From: Podarcis filfolensis
Lineage: Eukaryota
Length of the DNA: 64,000 nt
NCBI GenBank assembly: GCA_964270895.1
Contig: OZ185443.1
Direction: 5' to 3' (one strand)
Shown here: in pieces, positions 1-13,201 of the stretch
How positions within the stretch are numbered: the stretch's first letter is position 1
Layout of the letters: every line of letters begins with the position of its first letter
The notes under the pieces: generated by a model
Databases searched by the model: none
The model's input: only the letters and a program-made list of their open reading frames with translations
Told to the model about the DNA's origin: nothing
Position numbers and translations under genes: made by a program

Positions 1-1214
1 ACTGGAAGTCACTTGACAGCAGAAACTGCATGTCTACTTGGAAGTAAATTCCCATGTGTTCAAAGGGGCTAGTTCTCAAGTCCTTGTGTGTGAGCTTTTG
101 TCTGAACTGAAGCGAGGCCAATGGTCCATCTTATTAAAGACCCTTCCCTCCCAAAAATAACCACAGGTAAAATTTCAAAATACCATTATAGAATAGCCTA
201 CCTCAGAGAAATTTATAACCATTTAATCCCAGTTTTGTGAGGTTTGCGTATGAGCACTTGATAGGGGATGTATAGTTGATTTTGCTAAATCTTTGATTTG
301 TTTATTAATAATAACATCACCAAACATTTTCTTCATTTGGCTATAGCAGCGAATAATGAATTTAGGAAACACACTAAGAATTGTACAATAAAGACATGCA
401 TTTCTTTATTAAGTATTATCCATTTTCCAGCCTAGTCATTGTGAAAGCTAGTTTTAATTTCTCTGTTACATAACTAGAAGTGTTTTCATACTGTGCTAGT
501 TAGGTTTGTTTAAAAGTTATTGATGGAAAACTTGCAATTCCTCCAAAATGTTCCTTTACTCATCATCAGACTAGTTCCAAGAAACATCTACTCATTCCCA
601 TTCTTAGCTAATCTGCTTTATCACTTCCTACTGTGTTGAGTGTATAATTTTTAACTTGCTGGATGCATCTTAGATATTTGGCAAATGTGCTTCAGTAGTA
701 GAAACCATCTTAAAAATTATTTAATGTTGTTAAGCCATGCCCATGTGATGACCTATTACAGTTCTGCTCTTCTGTACTGGTTTGTAACTTGTCAAATTCT
801 AAAAGACTTTTCCTGTAACTGTATCCTTGACATCTTATACTGACAGCCTCATCATATGCCTGCTTACTCAGAAGTAACTCCCGCTGAGAGTCAAGGGGGA
901 TGTGGTTATCCGTGAGTTCTGCCTCACATCTGGTGTATATATGTAGGAACATGGGGTGGGTGCAGAGTTAACTGCAGAGGCTTGCAAGGGAATCCCTCTT
1001 TCTGTCTGTCTTACTTTTCCACAGCTGGGCCCTGATATCGCCTTTCAGTACCAGAAATAAGCCCAGCTAGGTGAAAGCAAAGTGTTCTGGGAGGGAGTCT
1101 GTAGGAGTTAAGCTGCAAATAGGGGGAAACTTCTGCACTACTCCTCATTTGTTGCCAAAATTGAACCTCACTGTTTAGTTACATTAGTACAGCAAATATG
1201 AATTTGAACTAATG

Positions 1215-1280
1215 GGTCAGGTAGATGAACTCGGTGGTCCTCAGGATCCCTTCCAACTCTGCAGTTTATGATTCTGTACT
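1215..1280 (+). mobile_element. CR1-type 3' tail remnant (CR1 LINE or CR1-tailed SINE)
   Basis: GTAGATGAACTCGGTGGTCCTCAGGATCCCTTCCAACTCT...TTTATGATTCTG resembles the CR1 3' end (ACTAGATGAC...GGTCCCTTCCAACTCT...ATTCTATG). Confidence 0.5.
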
Positions 1281-1529
1281 CTTGCATCTAGTTTGATCCT
1301 GAGTTTTGTGGCTCTTACTTTCAGGTCACTGTGCATAGGGCTGTTGCCTTTGAACCAGATGCAATACATATTTACTCAGAAGTAACCAGTTGGGCTTCTT
1401 TCTGGCTAATTGTGCAGAAGATTGTAGCCTTTGGTGCTACGGTATCCTTTGGTGGCATTTCTGCTTGATAGTGAGAAGCACTGTGCTGATTCCTGATTGG
1501 TTTTATAAGAGGCTAGAATTATGGTAGCT

Positions 1530-2030
1530 ATGGAGTCTTCATTGGAAGTACTTACAGCAGCATTTATGCTTCCGAAAGAAGGTAGGTTTTTGCCTGCAGC
1601 CAGGAAGAGCACAGCATGGAATATGCAGAGAAAAGGAGGATGGGATGAAGGAAAAACTAGACACAAGGATGAGGCTAAAGTCATTGTAAAAGGCAACTGG
1701 GGGCCAACGTAGAGGCAGAGAAGGGCGATGTGTTGAGAAAGAGAGATTATTTTAGCAGGAATATTCTGAGTTGACTGAATAGGTGAGAGAGAACAGGAAG
1801 GAAGGCCAGAGTGGCAGTGGTCCAAGGAAAAAATAACTAGGGCATGAACAGTTTAGCAGAAGATGCAGATTTGGCCAATTTTGATGAAAAATCAGTGGTT
1901 GGAGTTGGCAGTAAAAACAGAGAGGAGAATGAAGAGCCAGCAGTGGGCCTAGTTAGTTTTATGCTTAGAAGGCAAAAGAGAGAGACTTAGCTATATCTAA
2001 TCAACAGGAGGCTTGGGTGTCTGCAGAAAT
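1530..2030 (-). mobile_element. Old L2 LINE fragment (ORF2 C-terminal region)
   Basis: Minus-strand translation TVHALVIFSLDHCHSGLPSCSLSPIQSTQNIPAKII matches the L2 motif LVHALVISRLDYCNSLLAGLP..L.PLQ.IQNAAARLI. Boundaries approximate. Confidence 0.7.
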
Positions 2031-2539
2031 AATTCGTGGGGAGGGGCAGAGAGATCCATGACTTTTAAGTACAGGTATTTGACTTACCTCTGAACTCCAC
2101 ACACTATTACATGGTGCTGAAGAGCAGCAACAAGAAACGATAGTGATTTACTATAGTGTATGGGATTATATATTTCTGAACTAAGTTCTAACAAATTGCT
2201 CTATTTGTCCATTGAACAATAACAGAGTAAGGCACCAGAAAGACATAGAGCTATAATTTGTCCATTGAACAACAATACTTTAAGACTCTGAAAAACAAAT
2301 TAAAAACCCCTAAGGCTGAATTTTTCACCTTTTACACAGAATCTCCCTTGGCTGTGATGAGTGCCAGATATAAGATCAGAAAGTAGCCAGGCTTTTGTTG
2401 TTGTTGTTAATTCCTGTCCACACGTAACATAAAGGAAAATATACTACAAAGTTGATCGCTATTGAAACAAAAATGGGAGACTCTGAGGCTCTTGGCCAAA
2501 ACAGTCAATAACTACTTCTATAAATTTCTCCTTGGGTTG

Positions 2540-2900
2540 GGTCCTCAGCATTGCTCTCTGGATGTTCAACAAACAAGCCAGACAATTGCTTTTCATGCAT
2601 TGTTGAATTTAGCCATGCCTGTGCAAAGTGCTGAAGGATTGTTCAGTTCAGCATGTTGTAACTGGGAGGGAAAGTGCTGTCAGGAGAGCCATTTTAATAG
2701 CAGGGAACCGTCTGGTGTGGTCCAGCAGTTCAGCAAGGTTCTCGGTAAAGTAATAAGTAAATCCAGGTAGGAAATGTAGATGGACCGCCAATAGTTCATT
2801 TCTGTGGATTGGTTGGGATGATGGGCATGGTTTTGACTGTGAGTCCTGGAAGACCTGTACCCTGCCTTTTAGGCCTTTTTCCAGCTGGCCTGGGAGGGTG
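2540..2900 (-). mobile_element. hAT transposase fossil (C-terminal dimerisation region), frameshifted
   Basis: Minus-strand pieces TEMNYWRSIYISYLDLLIT, RRFPAIKMALLTALSLPVTTC*TEQSFSTLHR and (after a frameshift) WLNSTMHEKQLSGL match hAT motifs Y.R..Y.P.LD..I, LP.TT...ERSFS.L.R and WLRSTM...RL..L. Confidence 0.7.
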
Positions 2901-2996
2901 GGACTCTGACTAACTCCAGCTACAACAGCTGAGACTGCTGAACAGAATCTTGAACTGGGGTATTGTTTAGGGGGGCTGTTAAACAGCATCTTTGTA

Positions 2997-3216
2997 CAGT
3001 GGTACCTCAGGTTACATACGCTTCAGGTTACAGCTAACCCAGAAATAGTACCTCGGGTTAAGAACTTTGCTTCAGGATGAGAACAGAAATCGTGCTCCAG
3101 CGGCACGGCAGCAGCAGGAGGCCCCATTAGCTAAAGTGGTGCTTCAGGTTAAGAACAGTTTCAGGTTAAGTATGGACCTCCGGAATGAATTAAGTACTTA
3201 ACCCGAGGTACCACTG
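2997..3216 (+). mobile_element. Tc1/mariner/pogo(Tigger)-type MITE, family A, copy 1
   Basis: Terminal inverted repeats CAGTGGTACCTC...GAGGTACCACTG, TA on the left (2995-2996) and TT on the right; same body as five other copies in the window. Confidence 0.9.
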
Positions 3217-3709
3217 TTTCTATATTTTGGATCTTATGATTTATGTGGCAATTTTTCAGTTTGATTGTGTACTTTTTAATATTGTTTATCACTACTCTTG
3301 CTTTGTTTGTGGTTATGTAATTTTTTAGATGCTGCAAGCCACCTTGAGCACTGTTTTAACTTTGGAAAGGCGGCATGCAAATAAAACGATTTGTTGAGTT
3401 TTCTGTTACATGGTTTGTCTACCTGCTTTAAATTTGAAATCCGTTTCACATTCCACTTTCTTACACTTTTCTACTACTATTGTGCTCATTAGGTTTCCTG
3501 TGTTGTTATGTTATTCCTAGCAACTCTTGTATATATGCTCTTTCATTTTCATTGCATCTAACTTCACAAACTGCAGAACTTGTTCGACTGGTTCTAGCAT
3601 CAAATAATATTTGCTTATAATCACAAGTCAAAGTTATTATTATTTATTAAATTTGTATACCACCCTTCAACTGAATATCACTAGGCATTGGGCTGGCTAG
3701 AGTTCTTTG

Positions 3710-3995
3710 AGAGTGTCAACAAGCATGTAGATGGTCCAGTTCACAAAGGGTACTCAAGACTTTCAAAAAACTTTTGACCAGGTACTTCACCAAAGACTCC
3801 TGAGAAAGCTTAGCAGTCATGGGATAAGAGGAGATGTTCTCTTGTCGATCAGAACTATTAAGGTGGCCAAGTTTGCTGAAGATACTAAATAGTTCAGCAT
3901 CATTAAAACAAAAAGGGATTGTGAAGAGCAGCAAATGATATCTCCAAACTGAGTGAATGGGCAGTAAAATGGCAAATGCAATTCAAACATCACAG
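3710..3995 (+). mobile_element. CR1 LINE reverse-transcriptase fragment with internal deletion
   Basis: Encodes decayed DFQKTFDQVLHQRLLRKLSSHGIRGDVLL and VAKFAEDTK*FSIIKTKRDCEE..DISKLSEWAVKWQMQF, typical of CR1 RT (DFQKAFDKVPHQRLL; KFADDTKL; WQMQFN). Confidence 0.8.
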
Positions 3996-4819
3996 CCTTT
4001 TATGGGTGCTTTAAACTGTAAAAGTGCTACTCCGAATTTTGGAAGTGGATGGTGTAGCTGTTGTAGGACTGGATTGGGTTAGGGAATGAGAACTGGAAAT
4101 GAACGTAGTTCAGTTCCACAGAAATATACACTTATATAAATTTATTCAGTAATCACACAATATTGGGTGGCTTGATCAAAGCATACAGATGTCAATGGGG
4201 AAAGATTATTTTTGAGTTACATTGACTTAGTTCAGATGTGCTGGAAAACTTTGTTCTCCTGAGAGCCTTGGTGAGTCTCAGTGTGCTGTGTTTTTCATGT
4301 GCTAGAAGAAGAGATTGGAAGCCTGCCCTTCTAATTTGTGGTAAATCATAGTTTGCCCTTTCCATCAAATTGGGCAAACAGTGGCTTGTCGTATACTAGA
4401 AGCTAACACTTCTAATTCCTTCTCCTTGTGTGCAAGTGTGCAAGCTTGAGGGTTGCACTTGCCTGCTCTTATAACAATATAACAACTCTGGAATGTTGTT
4501 ATATATGAATTACGCCATGGTGTCCCTTGTATCTCAGCGTGGTGTGCTCAAGGAACATAAGTGATTGCAATACGTATGAAAGGGATTTTTTCTGTAGGAT
4601 CTCGACAGTGACTTGTGAATGATGTCAATTCCAGCTGAATTTTGTGATGAGAGAGAGATGCTTGCCTCCCCAAATTTTTCAGACATATGCCAGCAAATAT
4701 TGTGGCAAATTAGTATATAGAATAATGATTCTCAACATGCATTGATGTTTTCAGATGTTCAGGGATTGGAGTTTTTTCTGGGACTGTCAACTTAAACATG
4801 TCAGGCTAATAGTGTTATT

Positions 4820-4935
4820 TATTAATTATTACGTTTCTATCCCACCTTTCCTCCAAGAAACTCAAGATGACATACATCTCCCTCCATTGCATTTAATTTT
4901 CATAGTACTGTGAGGGAGGTTAGGCTAAGAGTTGG
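4820..4935 (-). mobile_element. Squam3-like (Ther1/MIR-derived) SINE, 3' fragment
   Basis: TATCCCACCTTTCCTCCAAG...CTGTGAGGGAGGTTAGGCTAAGAG is the reverse complement of the Squam3 core/tail as I recall it. Confidence 0.5.
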
Positions 4936-6729
4936 TTGATTGTATTTTGTGGCTGGCTCTCCAAGGGCAGGGTGAGGTGAGGTAACCGCCTCAGGCATCA
5001 TGATCCACAGGGGCAGCAGATCCCAATGTAGATCTTTATTCCATCCTTGATCCTGATCCTTGATCTACATCACCCTTTCTTACCTTGTGGGGAGGAGGGG
5101 GTGCAATTTTGTGTTTCACCTCAAGTGCCGAAATGTCTTGTGCCGTCCTGATTTAATGACTATGTCACAGTGGCTGATTATGAAAACCAGCTGGTAGTGA
5201 AATGTAGATCCAGTTAAAGGTGTGCAGTAGAAGGATCCTTAAAAATGACTATCAAATCATAAAACAAATGTCTGTGCCTTGACCTTCCAAGGATAAGCTC
5301 ACACAATACTTTCCTACTACTGTTTTGCATCTAGGCTCCATTAGGCAATTTCTGCAACTTGAAATAGAAAGTATTGTATGACCACCAATTTTCCCCCAGA
5401 GTAAATAACAATGACAGTGGCAGTGTTATTTGAGGTTTCATATACTTTGTGTTATTGTCTTGAGCATATTCTGATATCTTAGTTACTCGTTCATGGGCAC
5501 ATATTGTCTAATATGCTATTATTCATCTGCACTAAGGATTATTTCTCTCTTTCTCTCTTTCATTGGAGCTCTCACTTTGATCTCTCCTGCAGGCCCATAC
5601 GCACACACATGCACTCAGTTACTGAGAACAGCAGAACAGATGCAGGCCTAAAAGGGTGCTTATTTATTAAAGTTCCCTAGTCTTCTTCCACCTTACTTAT
5701 ACAACCTGCCTGACAGGCACTCATGATTCATTTAGTGTGTTCATCGTTACAAAAAACATTCCTCCTCCTTGTTATTTATTATATAAAAATACAATCTCAG
5801 CCTGAAGATAATTGCTATCGAACAAATGTACTTTTTCTGTTTAGTATAAGAAAATTTGCTAACTACTTGTTCAGATAAATGTCCCCACGGAATTAAGAGT
5901 TATGAGGGTGCTGTGTGAACATGACAACAAAACAGCAAAAGTTTGGTACAACCTTTAGTGCTATCAGTACAAAAGTAGAGGGGGAGAGGAATACCATGAA
6001 ATCAACAAGGAATAACTGGCAAACCTGACTTTTTGAGAAACAACAACTTGGAAGCACTCTCAGATATGATCCGAACCTATCTCTTCATAGCACTCTGAAG
6101 GTGTTAAGATATTGTCAGTTCAATTTGAAATCTATACACTAGTTTGTACCTCAGTAGAATCAGGTTGTTTTTCACTTGGACAAAACTAGTGTCTACCGTA
6201 TTGCTAGAGATCTAAATGGAAGGCAGAACGGGCAAAGGCAGCAGGACAGATTCTCCCCCTCACCATAATATTTAACAGAAGTTTTCATTAGCATTATTCA
6301 TTCAACTGCTGTGTGATTTGCTGCTTTCTATTGCATAACCTCGGAACATTATGTTACGTTCGGTCAGAGGCCTGCAAAACCTAATGAGCAAGCCTCGATT
6401 CCCGGATTAGTTGTTTGGCCACATGCCACATACCCTGATATTGCCACAGAGAAGGAAACAGGAGGCATTCAGAGCGAAGACCTTGAAGCCAAGGTTCATG
6501 CTTAGTTAACAGTAGATCAGCACCCACTTAGATGACTAAAGCCACTTCTGAAGTGGTGGTTGGTATCTGAGGAGCAGTGGGGGGGGGAGTGCCTTACCTT
6601 TTCCCTACACATGGCTGCTGTTCTCCAGTGTCCAGTAAAGAGTTGTTGTTGTGTGGTTTTTTTAAAAAAAACAACCCCACATTTCCCCACTTATAATAGT
6701 CCATTGGGAAAAAAAGCATTTGGGAAAGC

Positions 6730-6985
6730 AATGTGGATTGGTTCGGGAGAGGGCATTCTCTGTGACAGTCCCTAGGGTGTGTGGTTCCCTCCTCACAGAG
6801 GTGTGTATGATTTCCTTGCATAGCTTTCATTATTTGCTGAAGACTCACCTCAGTACCCTGGCCTTTGACACCCGATACCCTTTTAAGGCCCATGCTCATG
6901 TAAATTGTCTTAACTGACTTTAATACTGCATTTTTATATTGTTGTAACCTGTCCTGGGACCTTATGATGAAGGGCAGGTAAGGAA
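6730..6985 (+). mobile_element. L2 LINE 3' end
   Basis: Translation RERAFSVTVPRVCGSLLTEV...SFHYLLKTHLSTLAF matches L2 ORF2 end RAFSVAAP.LWNSLP...SF...LKTHLF..AF; followed by TTGTAACC...CTGGGACC...GAAGGGCAGG tail. Confidence 0.7.
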
Positions 6986-9900
6986 AGCGAGAGAGAAGGA
7001 AGGAAGAGAGAAGGGCAGGAGTGGGAAAATGGAGAGGGGTGGTGGTGAAATGGATGGATCAAAGCAGGAGGAAATAAAAGTCATCTGCAAGTGATCAGTT
7101 GAGACCTGGCAAGTGCGTTCTGTCCCTTTCCCAGCAACCTCCTTGGGACAGGGCAGGGGGAAGAGAAGGAGAATGGGGTGCACCCCACCCACTTTTGACT
7201 CTGGAACCACCACACTTACTTTAGCCCCCTGCCCCAGCAGATGACTCCCGAGACAGGAAAGAGGTTCCACACCACCGAGATGAAGGGTTGGGGGTGGGGA
7301 TTCTCAGATTAAAAACAGGCATTAAACAGCCAGCAGTCCTATCGTATTACTTCTTCAACATCAGCACAGAAGTTAGCTAATTTGTTTTCAGTGTCGATTC
7401 CACCATGCTTCTTGCACATGAAAGAAGCCAAACTAAACTTTGAATATTAATTTTTATAGTGGGGTTTCACCCAGACTGTTTCTTTTCAGCAATTAAGTTT
7501 GGTATGGTCCTTTGCCTGTTATATTTTTAGAAATAAATATGTGATGTCTACAAAACAACGATGCATACCATTTCCAAGAAACTTGCATAAGATTTCCTTA
7601 CTATTTAAGGAATCTAGAACATTGTTTTGCTTTCAAGGAACTGAAGCTGCCTTGGTTCTAAAATAACTTACCATCATCCCCCCCCCCAGGGGGATATATC
7701 TGAGGAAGACTGTGGAAACAATATGTGGAATTACAAATCTGCATGGATATGGCAGGAAATCAATGAAAGCTGGAAATAGATCCCTGCACATTCGGTTTTG
7801 TGGATTTTCCCTGCATCACCTATGTACATTTTGGAACTTTTTTCCCCACAGTGTAAGATGTCTGCTAAATCTTGCTGATTACAGTTTTGGCATGTGTTAA
7901 CTTTAGTGGAATAATGTAGTGAGTGTGCAATATTGCCAGCAAGTTTCTTTTTTATGTCAGGCAAATTACCCTCGTTCCCCCCCCCCCCCGCCCACCAAGA
8001 GAAAGTTAAACACCTGCTTGCTGAAAGTTAACAAATGGGGATAGTCATTCATTATTGCCTGGGGTAAGGGGCAGTATGTGGGTTTTACTAAGGGGACCCT
8101 TTTCATATAACTCTGCAACTTAGAAAGTATGAAACAAGTGCATACATTTTTAGACTGTGAGTAGACTTAAGTTATTCATGAATGAAACAGTCTGATTCAG
8201 GTCATGAGAGGCCAACTGTATGCATTCCAGATGTAGCTGGCTTCAGAGGGACCATTTTTGTGCATGAAATGAATGTGCATGTTTAAATCTTCACACAACT
8301 AAGCTGCTATTACAGCCACTCCAACTTAAGTATGACACTGGAGAATGTTGTGAATGGAAGATATAATAAACTGTGGTGACAAGATAAAAATATTCTGCAG
8401 TACTAACACTACATGGTAATTTCAAGAATCTTTTTTCTTGCATGTCCGAAGAACTGAACAAATACAAATGCAATATGTTGTTAGAGCTGTGGAGGTAGGT
8501 ACTGTATTTGTGATGGGATGCAACATCATTTCAGCCTGGAGAAGTGATAACCTTGAGTGAGGCCCTGTTCCATGACCACTCAACAATTTTCTCTATTACA
8601 AATCCATTTTTGTCCAAGAACAGTGACTTTGAAAGAGCCTGCTCTTTTTCATTAATGCCTTGGCACATCACACCTTCCTTGAAGGCTGAGAAGCAGTTTG
8701 ACTTGCTTCAGATCCCTTTTCTTTCTTTTTAAAAACAGTACCAAGGTCTCTCTTGCACCACTAATGGTGCTCTCATTCCTCTCTGGACAGCCGGGCTCTC
8801 TATGTCTAGAATCTGTAAGGAAGAATTACATTTGGGGGAAATGTCCTCTGTTCTGATTTTGAAGGAGTGTGATAACATGCTTTTATTATTACTGTCTTTG
8901 GGCACAGTTCATAGCAATGCACTCTCGTGATGGGTAATATGGTGATAGTGGGAATGATGGAGTAATGCCACCTCCTTTACCATAAAGAATTGCCTGCTTA
9001 TTAGAATCAAGAAGAGGCCCATAACTTTAAACAAATTATTCGAACTGACTAGAAATAATTAAATACATGCTTGAGAAGGGTGTGTAGCGTTTTGGGTTTG
9101 AAGGAAGCTGGTGGAGATTGGTAAAATATTTGGTTTGTTTGTCCATTAGTATAGAGTTCACCTTGCACAGAAGAACTTTTTAAAAAATGAGTTATTTATA
9201 TAACAGCTTGTAATTTAATAAGCTCATTATTCATTAGCAGCTCTGTGATGTAGGCATTTCTTCTACATAGCTAATCAAGAATTGAGGTTGCAATGTGAAA
9301 AAATCTGAACACAATTTGCAGTTTTTTTAAAGCAATAATTATATATTAGAGCTGCTACATTTTGTTTCTTAGTTGCTGCTAAAAAAAATCCCTTTGTTGT
9401 AGGAATTTTGATCAGAATTTTTTAAAAATGGTATTTTGGAATGTAGCTAGCTCACTGTATGATAATTCGGATATACTTCATTGTACTAAATTCCATTTTC
9501 ACTTCAAATGAAGGGCCAAAAAGTCAGTGGAAATGTTCAAGGACTCTAGAGTAAGGATATCTCACCCTACAGTTAGAGCCAATAAATGGTTCAGTTAATC
9601 TTTTCGCCTCTTTTTCTGAACTACTTAGAAACAAATTGATTCTTGGCTGATAGGAGGGCACAAGTAGCGCTTCAGGAAGAACATAGTGCTTCTCTTTTTG
9701 TAGAGTGTACTGGCAGTGAATGGGTTTTCTTGCTTGTTCTGCAGGGAGACCGCATTTTGATTTAAAGTTATGAGTCACAATATCTGAGGCTTGGAGGCGA
9801 ATACACTATCTGTAAACAGCAGCCAAAGGGCACACACTTCTGCTTTTGCAATTGGCAAAGTCTCCTCCTTACTGCTTTAAAAAGGAAGAGGGGAAAAAAA

Positions 9901-10907
9901 TATCACCATGCCTCTTTTTATGTGTCTTTTCATAAGAAAAGTTTTTGGTGGATCCTTAATGGTTAAGTTCCCTGAAATGAAATACTATGTTGCTGTCTTA
10001 AAAATAACTGTTTCTAAGACACCAAGTCCCAAATGAGCAGGCTAAAACAGACTGGGTTTTCTGTCTGTTCTGTACATTTTGCAGCTTCAGTAGTGCAGTT
10101 AGGACAGTTTGATCATATCACCATGTATATTGTCTCAAAAGAGCTTAAAAACAACAACCCAACAACACCATTTACTGTAGGTCAGTGATCACTTACATTG
10201 TACACATCTAAAGAAAAATGAAATTGTAATGGTGTACTCCTTTTTTGTGGATTGAAACTGGATTCAAAACAACCGCCACCTTTTATTCCAAAGCAAGGCA
10301 TCCTGCATTAATAAAAGATTTTGTTTGTTTTTAAGAAGTACTTTTGGATTCTTCTGCTGTTGCTTTCTGTTCTCCCCATGAAATTTCACCTAATTGGCAC
10401 AGCAGTAACAAATGGCTTACTGCTTTCCTGCATTGTTCTTTACAGTTATCTCACTGCAGAACACATTACAGCTGTTTCCTAGGTTGCTCACAACTCTAGT
10501 TGTTGATTTTTGTGTTTTCTTTACATATTCTCAAAAGATGTGTGGACAAGTTAACTCTGGAGATGGTTGAGCAGTGGCTTCCAGAAGTGCTATTTTTACA
10601 ATGCCAGCTATAACTAATGACCCTTGTTTCCCTTATTTACTCTTTCCTCTACCATGTGACTAAGCTCTGTGTTCTGACATCAGAAGTTAGTGTTACTGCT
10701 GCCAGAATTCCTTCTCCAGTTGTTCCTTTCCAGCTGACCTTTAGACAGTAAACGAGAGTGCAGAATCATGAACATATGTGCCCTTCCCTAACCAAACGTA
10801 AAGCCTATCTGATCTGTTTGGCTGTTTGCTCTAATACAGTTCTTGCAGAGAAATATTATGAGCTAGCAATTTGAAGTGTAGGCATGTGGAATGAGCAATA
10901 TACAGTA

Positions 10908-11136
10908 CAGTGGTACCTCGGGTTACATACGCTTCAGGTTACAGACTCCGCTAACCCAGAAATAGTACCTCGGGTTAAGAACTTTGCTTCAGGATGAGAA
11001 CAGAAATTGTGCGGTGGTGGCATGGCAGCAGCAGCGGGAGGCCCCATTAGCTAAAGTGGTACCTCAGGTTAAGAACAGTTTCAGGTTAAGAACGGACCTC
11101 CGGAACGAATTAAGTACGTAACCAGAAGTACCACTG
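10908..11136 (+). mobile_element. MITE family A, copy 2
   Basis: TA|CAGTGGTACCTCGGGTTAC...AAGTACCACTG|TA; full TA target duplication. Confidence 0.92.
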
Positions 11137-11438
11137 TATAAAGCGAATATACAAAAGGCACATTAAACCTGGCTTACGGTCACCACAATGGAATGTCTAG
11201 GTGCCTTTTTTGCAGTGGGGCTTATTATTATTTTTATTCATTTCTTTTCTATATTGCTTTATATTATAAAGAAAAAATCTCAAAGTGGTTTACAGCACAT
11301 TAACACATTACAACCCAGGATAAACAAATTGAAACTTCAAGGAAAATATTTCAGATCCTTCTCCAAGTGACATTTTGCTTTCCCCATATTTATTTACTTC
11401 CTTAATTTATAGAGTTGCCTCATAGCAGAAGTACTCTA

Positions 11439-11590
11439 GGAAGCCAATGTGGTGTAGCAGTTAGGATATGGGACTAGGACCTGGGAGATCCAGGTCTGAT
11501 TCCCCACTCAGTCATGAAGCTCACTAGGTGACCTTGAGCCACTCTTAACCTACCCCACAAGAGTTGTTGTGGGGATTAACTGAGAAAAAG
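11439..11590 (+). mobile_element. Squam3-like tRNA-derived SINE
   Basis: GGAAGCCAATGTGGTGTAGCAGTTAGG (A box), GGTCTGATTCCCCACTCAGTCATGAAGCTCACTAGGTGACCTTGAGCC (B box plus core), GTTGTTGTGGGGAT. Confidence 0.65.
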
Positions 11591-11593
11591 GCA

Positions 11594-11716
11594 GGCCAGC
11601 CAGATGGAAATGTCAGTCGCCAAACTAGCATCCAGAGGTCTCCACATGGTTGCAATTGGACCCATGCGAGTAGTAAAATGCATCTGGTACCCGACTAATT
11701 TCTAACACTGGCTCAG
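11594..11716 (+). repeat. Unclassified dispersed repeat, copy 1
   Basis: Aligns colinearly, with many substitutions, to the reverse complement of 25242-25365 (shared ATGTCAGTC.CCA, TCTCCACATGGT.GCAA.TGGACCCA, TTTCTA.CACTG). Confidence 0.65.
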
Positions 11717-11780
11717 ATATGTTGGTATAACTCTCATATGTTGGACAGGGACTATTTACAGTGAGGATAATTGTTTAATA

Positions 11781-11850
11781 CAGTGTTTCTCAAACTTGGG
11801 TCTCCGGCCGTTGTTGGACTGCAACTCCCATTATCCCTGACCACTGGTCC
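11781..11850 (+). mobile_element. Truncated hAT-type palindromic MITE
   Basis: CAGTGTTTCTCAAACTTGGGTCTCC...GTTGTTGGACTGCAACTCCCATTATCCCTG, same family as 42569-42682 and 36489-36602. Confidence 0.6.
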
Positions 11851-13011
11851 TGAGTTCAAGTGTTAAGTGAGATGGAGAGAAACTGACACCTGTCCACTTT
11901 CTCCACACCAGGCATAATCTAGACCCCTCTCTCATGTCTCCCCCTCACTCACCTCATCACATGCAAATGAATATGAATAGACCAAGTATATTGCATGCTT
12001 TGTTAGTGAGTTATTGGTGACAGGCTAGCCCATCTCCTGAAGTGAATAACTTAAATTAGAACTGTTTCATTTCCATCCCTGTAATTTCAGTGTTATAAAC
12101 AAGATGAATAATGAAAACTAAGGTGTGTTTCACAGATTATGTTTTTTTATAGGTATTCGCAATGTACACAAGAAAATTATGTTTAATTTGCAGTAGCTTA
12201 ACGAGGCTAGCATTCTACTTTTAAAAACATTTTGGAAGATCAAATTATTACAAATACTGTATTTCCCAGTGGATGAATTTACCTTTGTTCTTTGGCTAAC
12301 TAGTTTATGAATAGGGCTTTGCTTTCTTTCTTCACCTGTTGCTTATCTGCGATACTTGTAATTAAGAGCTGGTCTGCCACACAGGAAAACTCTCTTGTAC
12401 AGCCCTGGTAAGACTTGATGAATTTGTGCTACATGTTTGAATACCCTCCCTAATAAACACACACAAAACCACAAAACTTCTCTGTGCAAAGAAAGTAGCA
12501 CTTTGGAGAAGACTTCTGTTTGGCCTCCACTGACCTGCATTCCACTTACCAGAAGCTGGAGTATGTTTTTTTAACATGGTAATATATTCAGTCCTTCCTC
12601 TGCATTCTGAAAACTACACTCCTTGGAAAGCCATGCCTCCTGGTTTTTCTAAATGTGTGGATTGGACTACATTCCATTGAAATTTATTTATTTAGAGCAT
12701 TTGCACCCCTATCTTCAGCCATAAAAGCTCCCAGAGGGGCTAACATACAGTCACTTTAAACAAGGCAGTCCCCGCCTTCAGGATTACAATCTAAAACAAA
12801 AAACACAGCACATAATGGGAAAGGGACAGAGAGGGGAACCAAATTGCTTTTGGGTTACCTCAAAATTAAAACATGCACATATATTCCTTGATTTTGCATA
12901 ATTTATCATGCTCTTGCTAGCCATGAGTTGAAACAAGCTACACGGAGCATCAAACCCAATTCTTTGCTCAGCATGTTTTTGGATAGCTCAGATTTTAGGA
13001 GGAACAAGGTG

Positions 13012-13201
13012 CAGTGATACTTCGGGTTACAAACACTTCCGGTTACAGACTTCACTAACCCGGAAGTAGTACCTCAGGTTAAGAACTTTACCTCAGGATG
13101 AGAACAGAAATCGTGTGGCGGTGGCACGGCGGCAGCGGGAGGCCCCATTTTTAAGAACAGACCTCTGGAACGAATTAAGTATGTAACCAGAGGTACCACT
13201 G
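13012..13201 (+). mobile_element. MITE family A, copy 3 (internally deleted)
   Basis: CAGTGATACTTCGGGTTAC...GAGGTACCACTG|TA; lacks the AGCTAAAGTGGT...CAGG segment present in other copies. Confidence 0.85.

Noticed and set aside
2203-2272. CRISPR-like repeat-spacer-repeat
   Set aside because: Only two 17-bp repeats, vertebrate DNA, no cas genes or leader.
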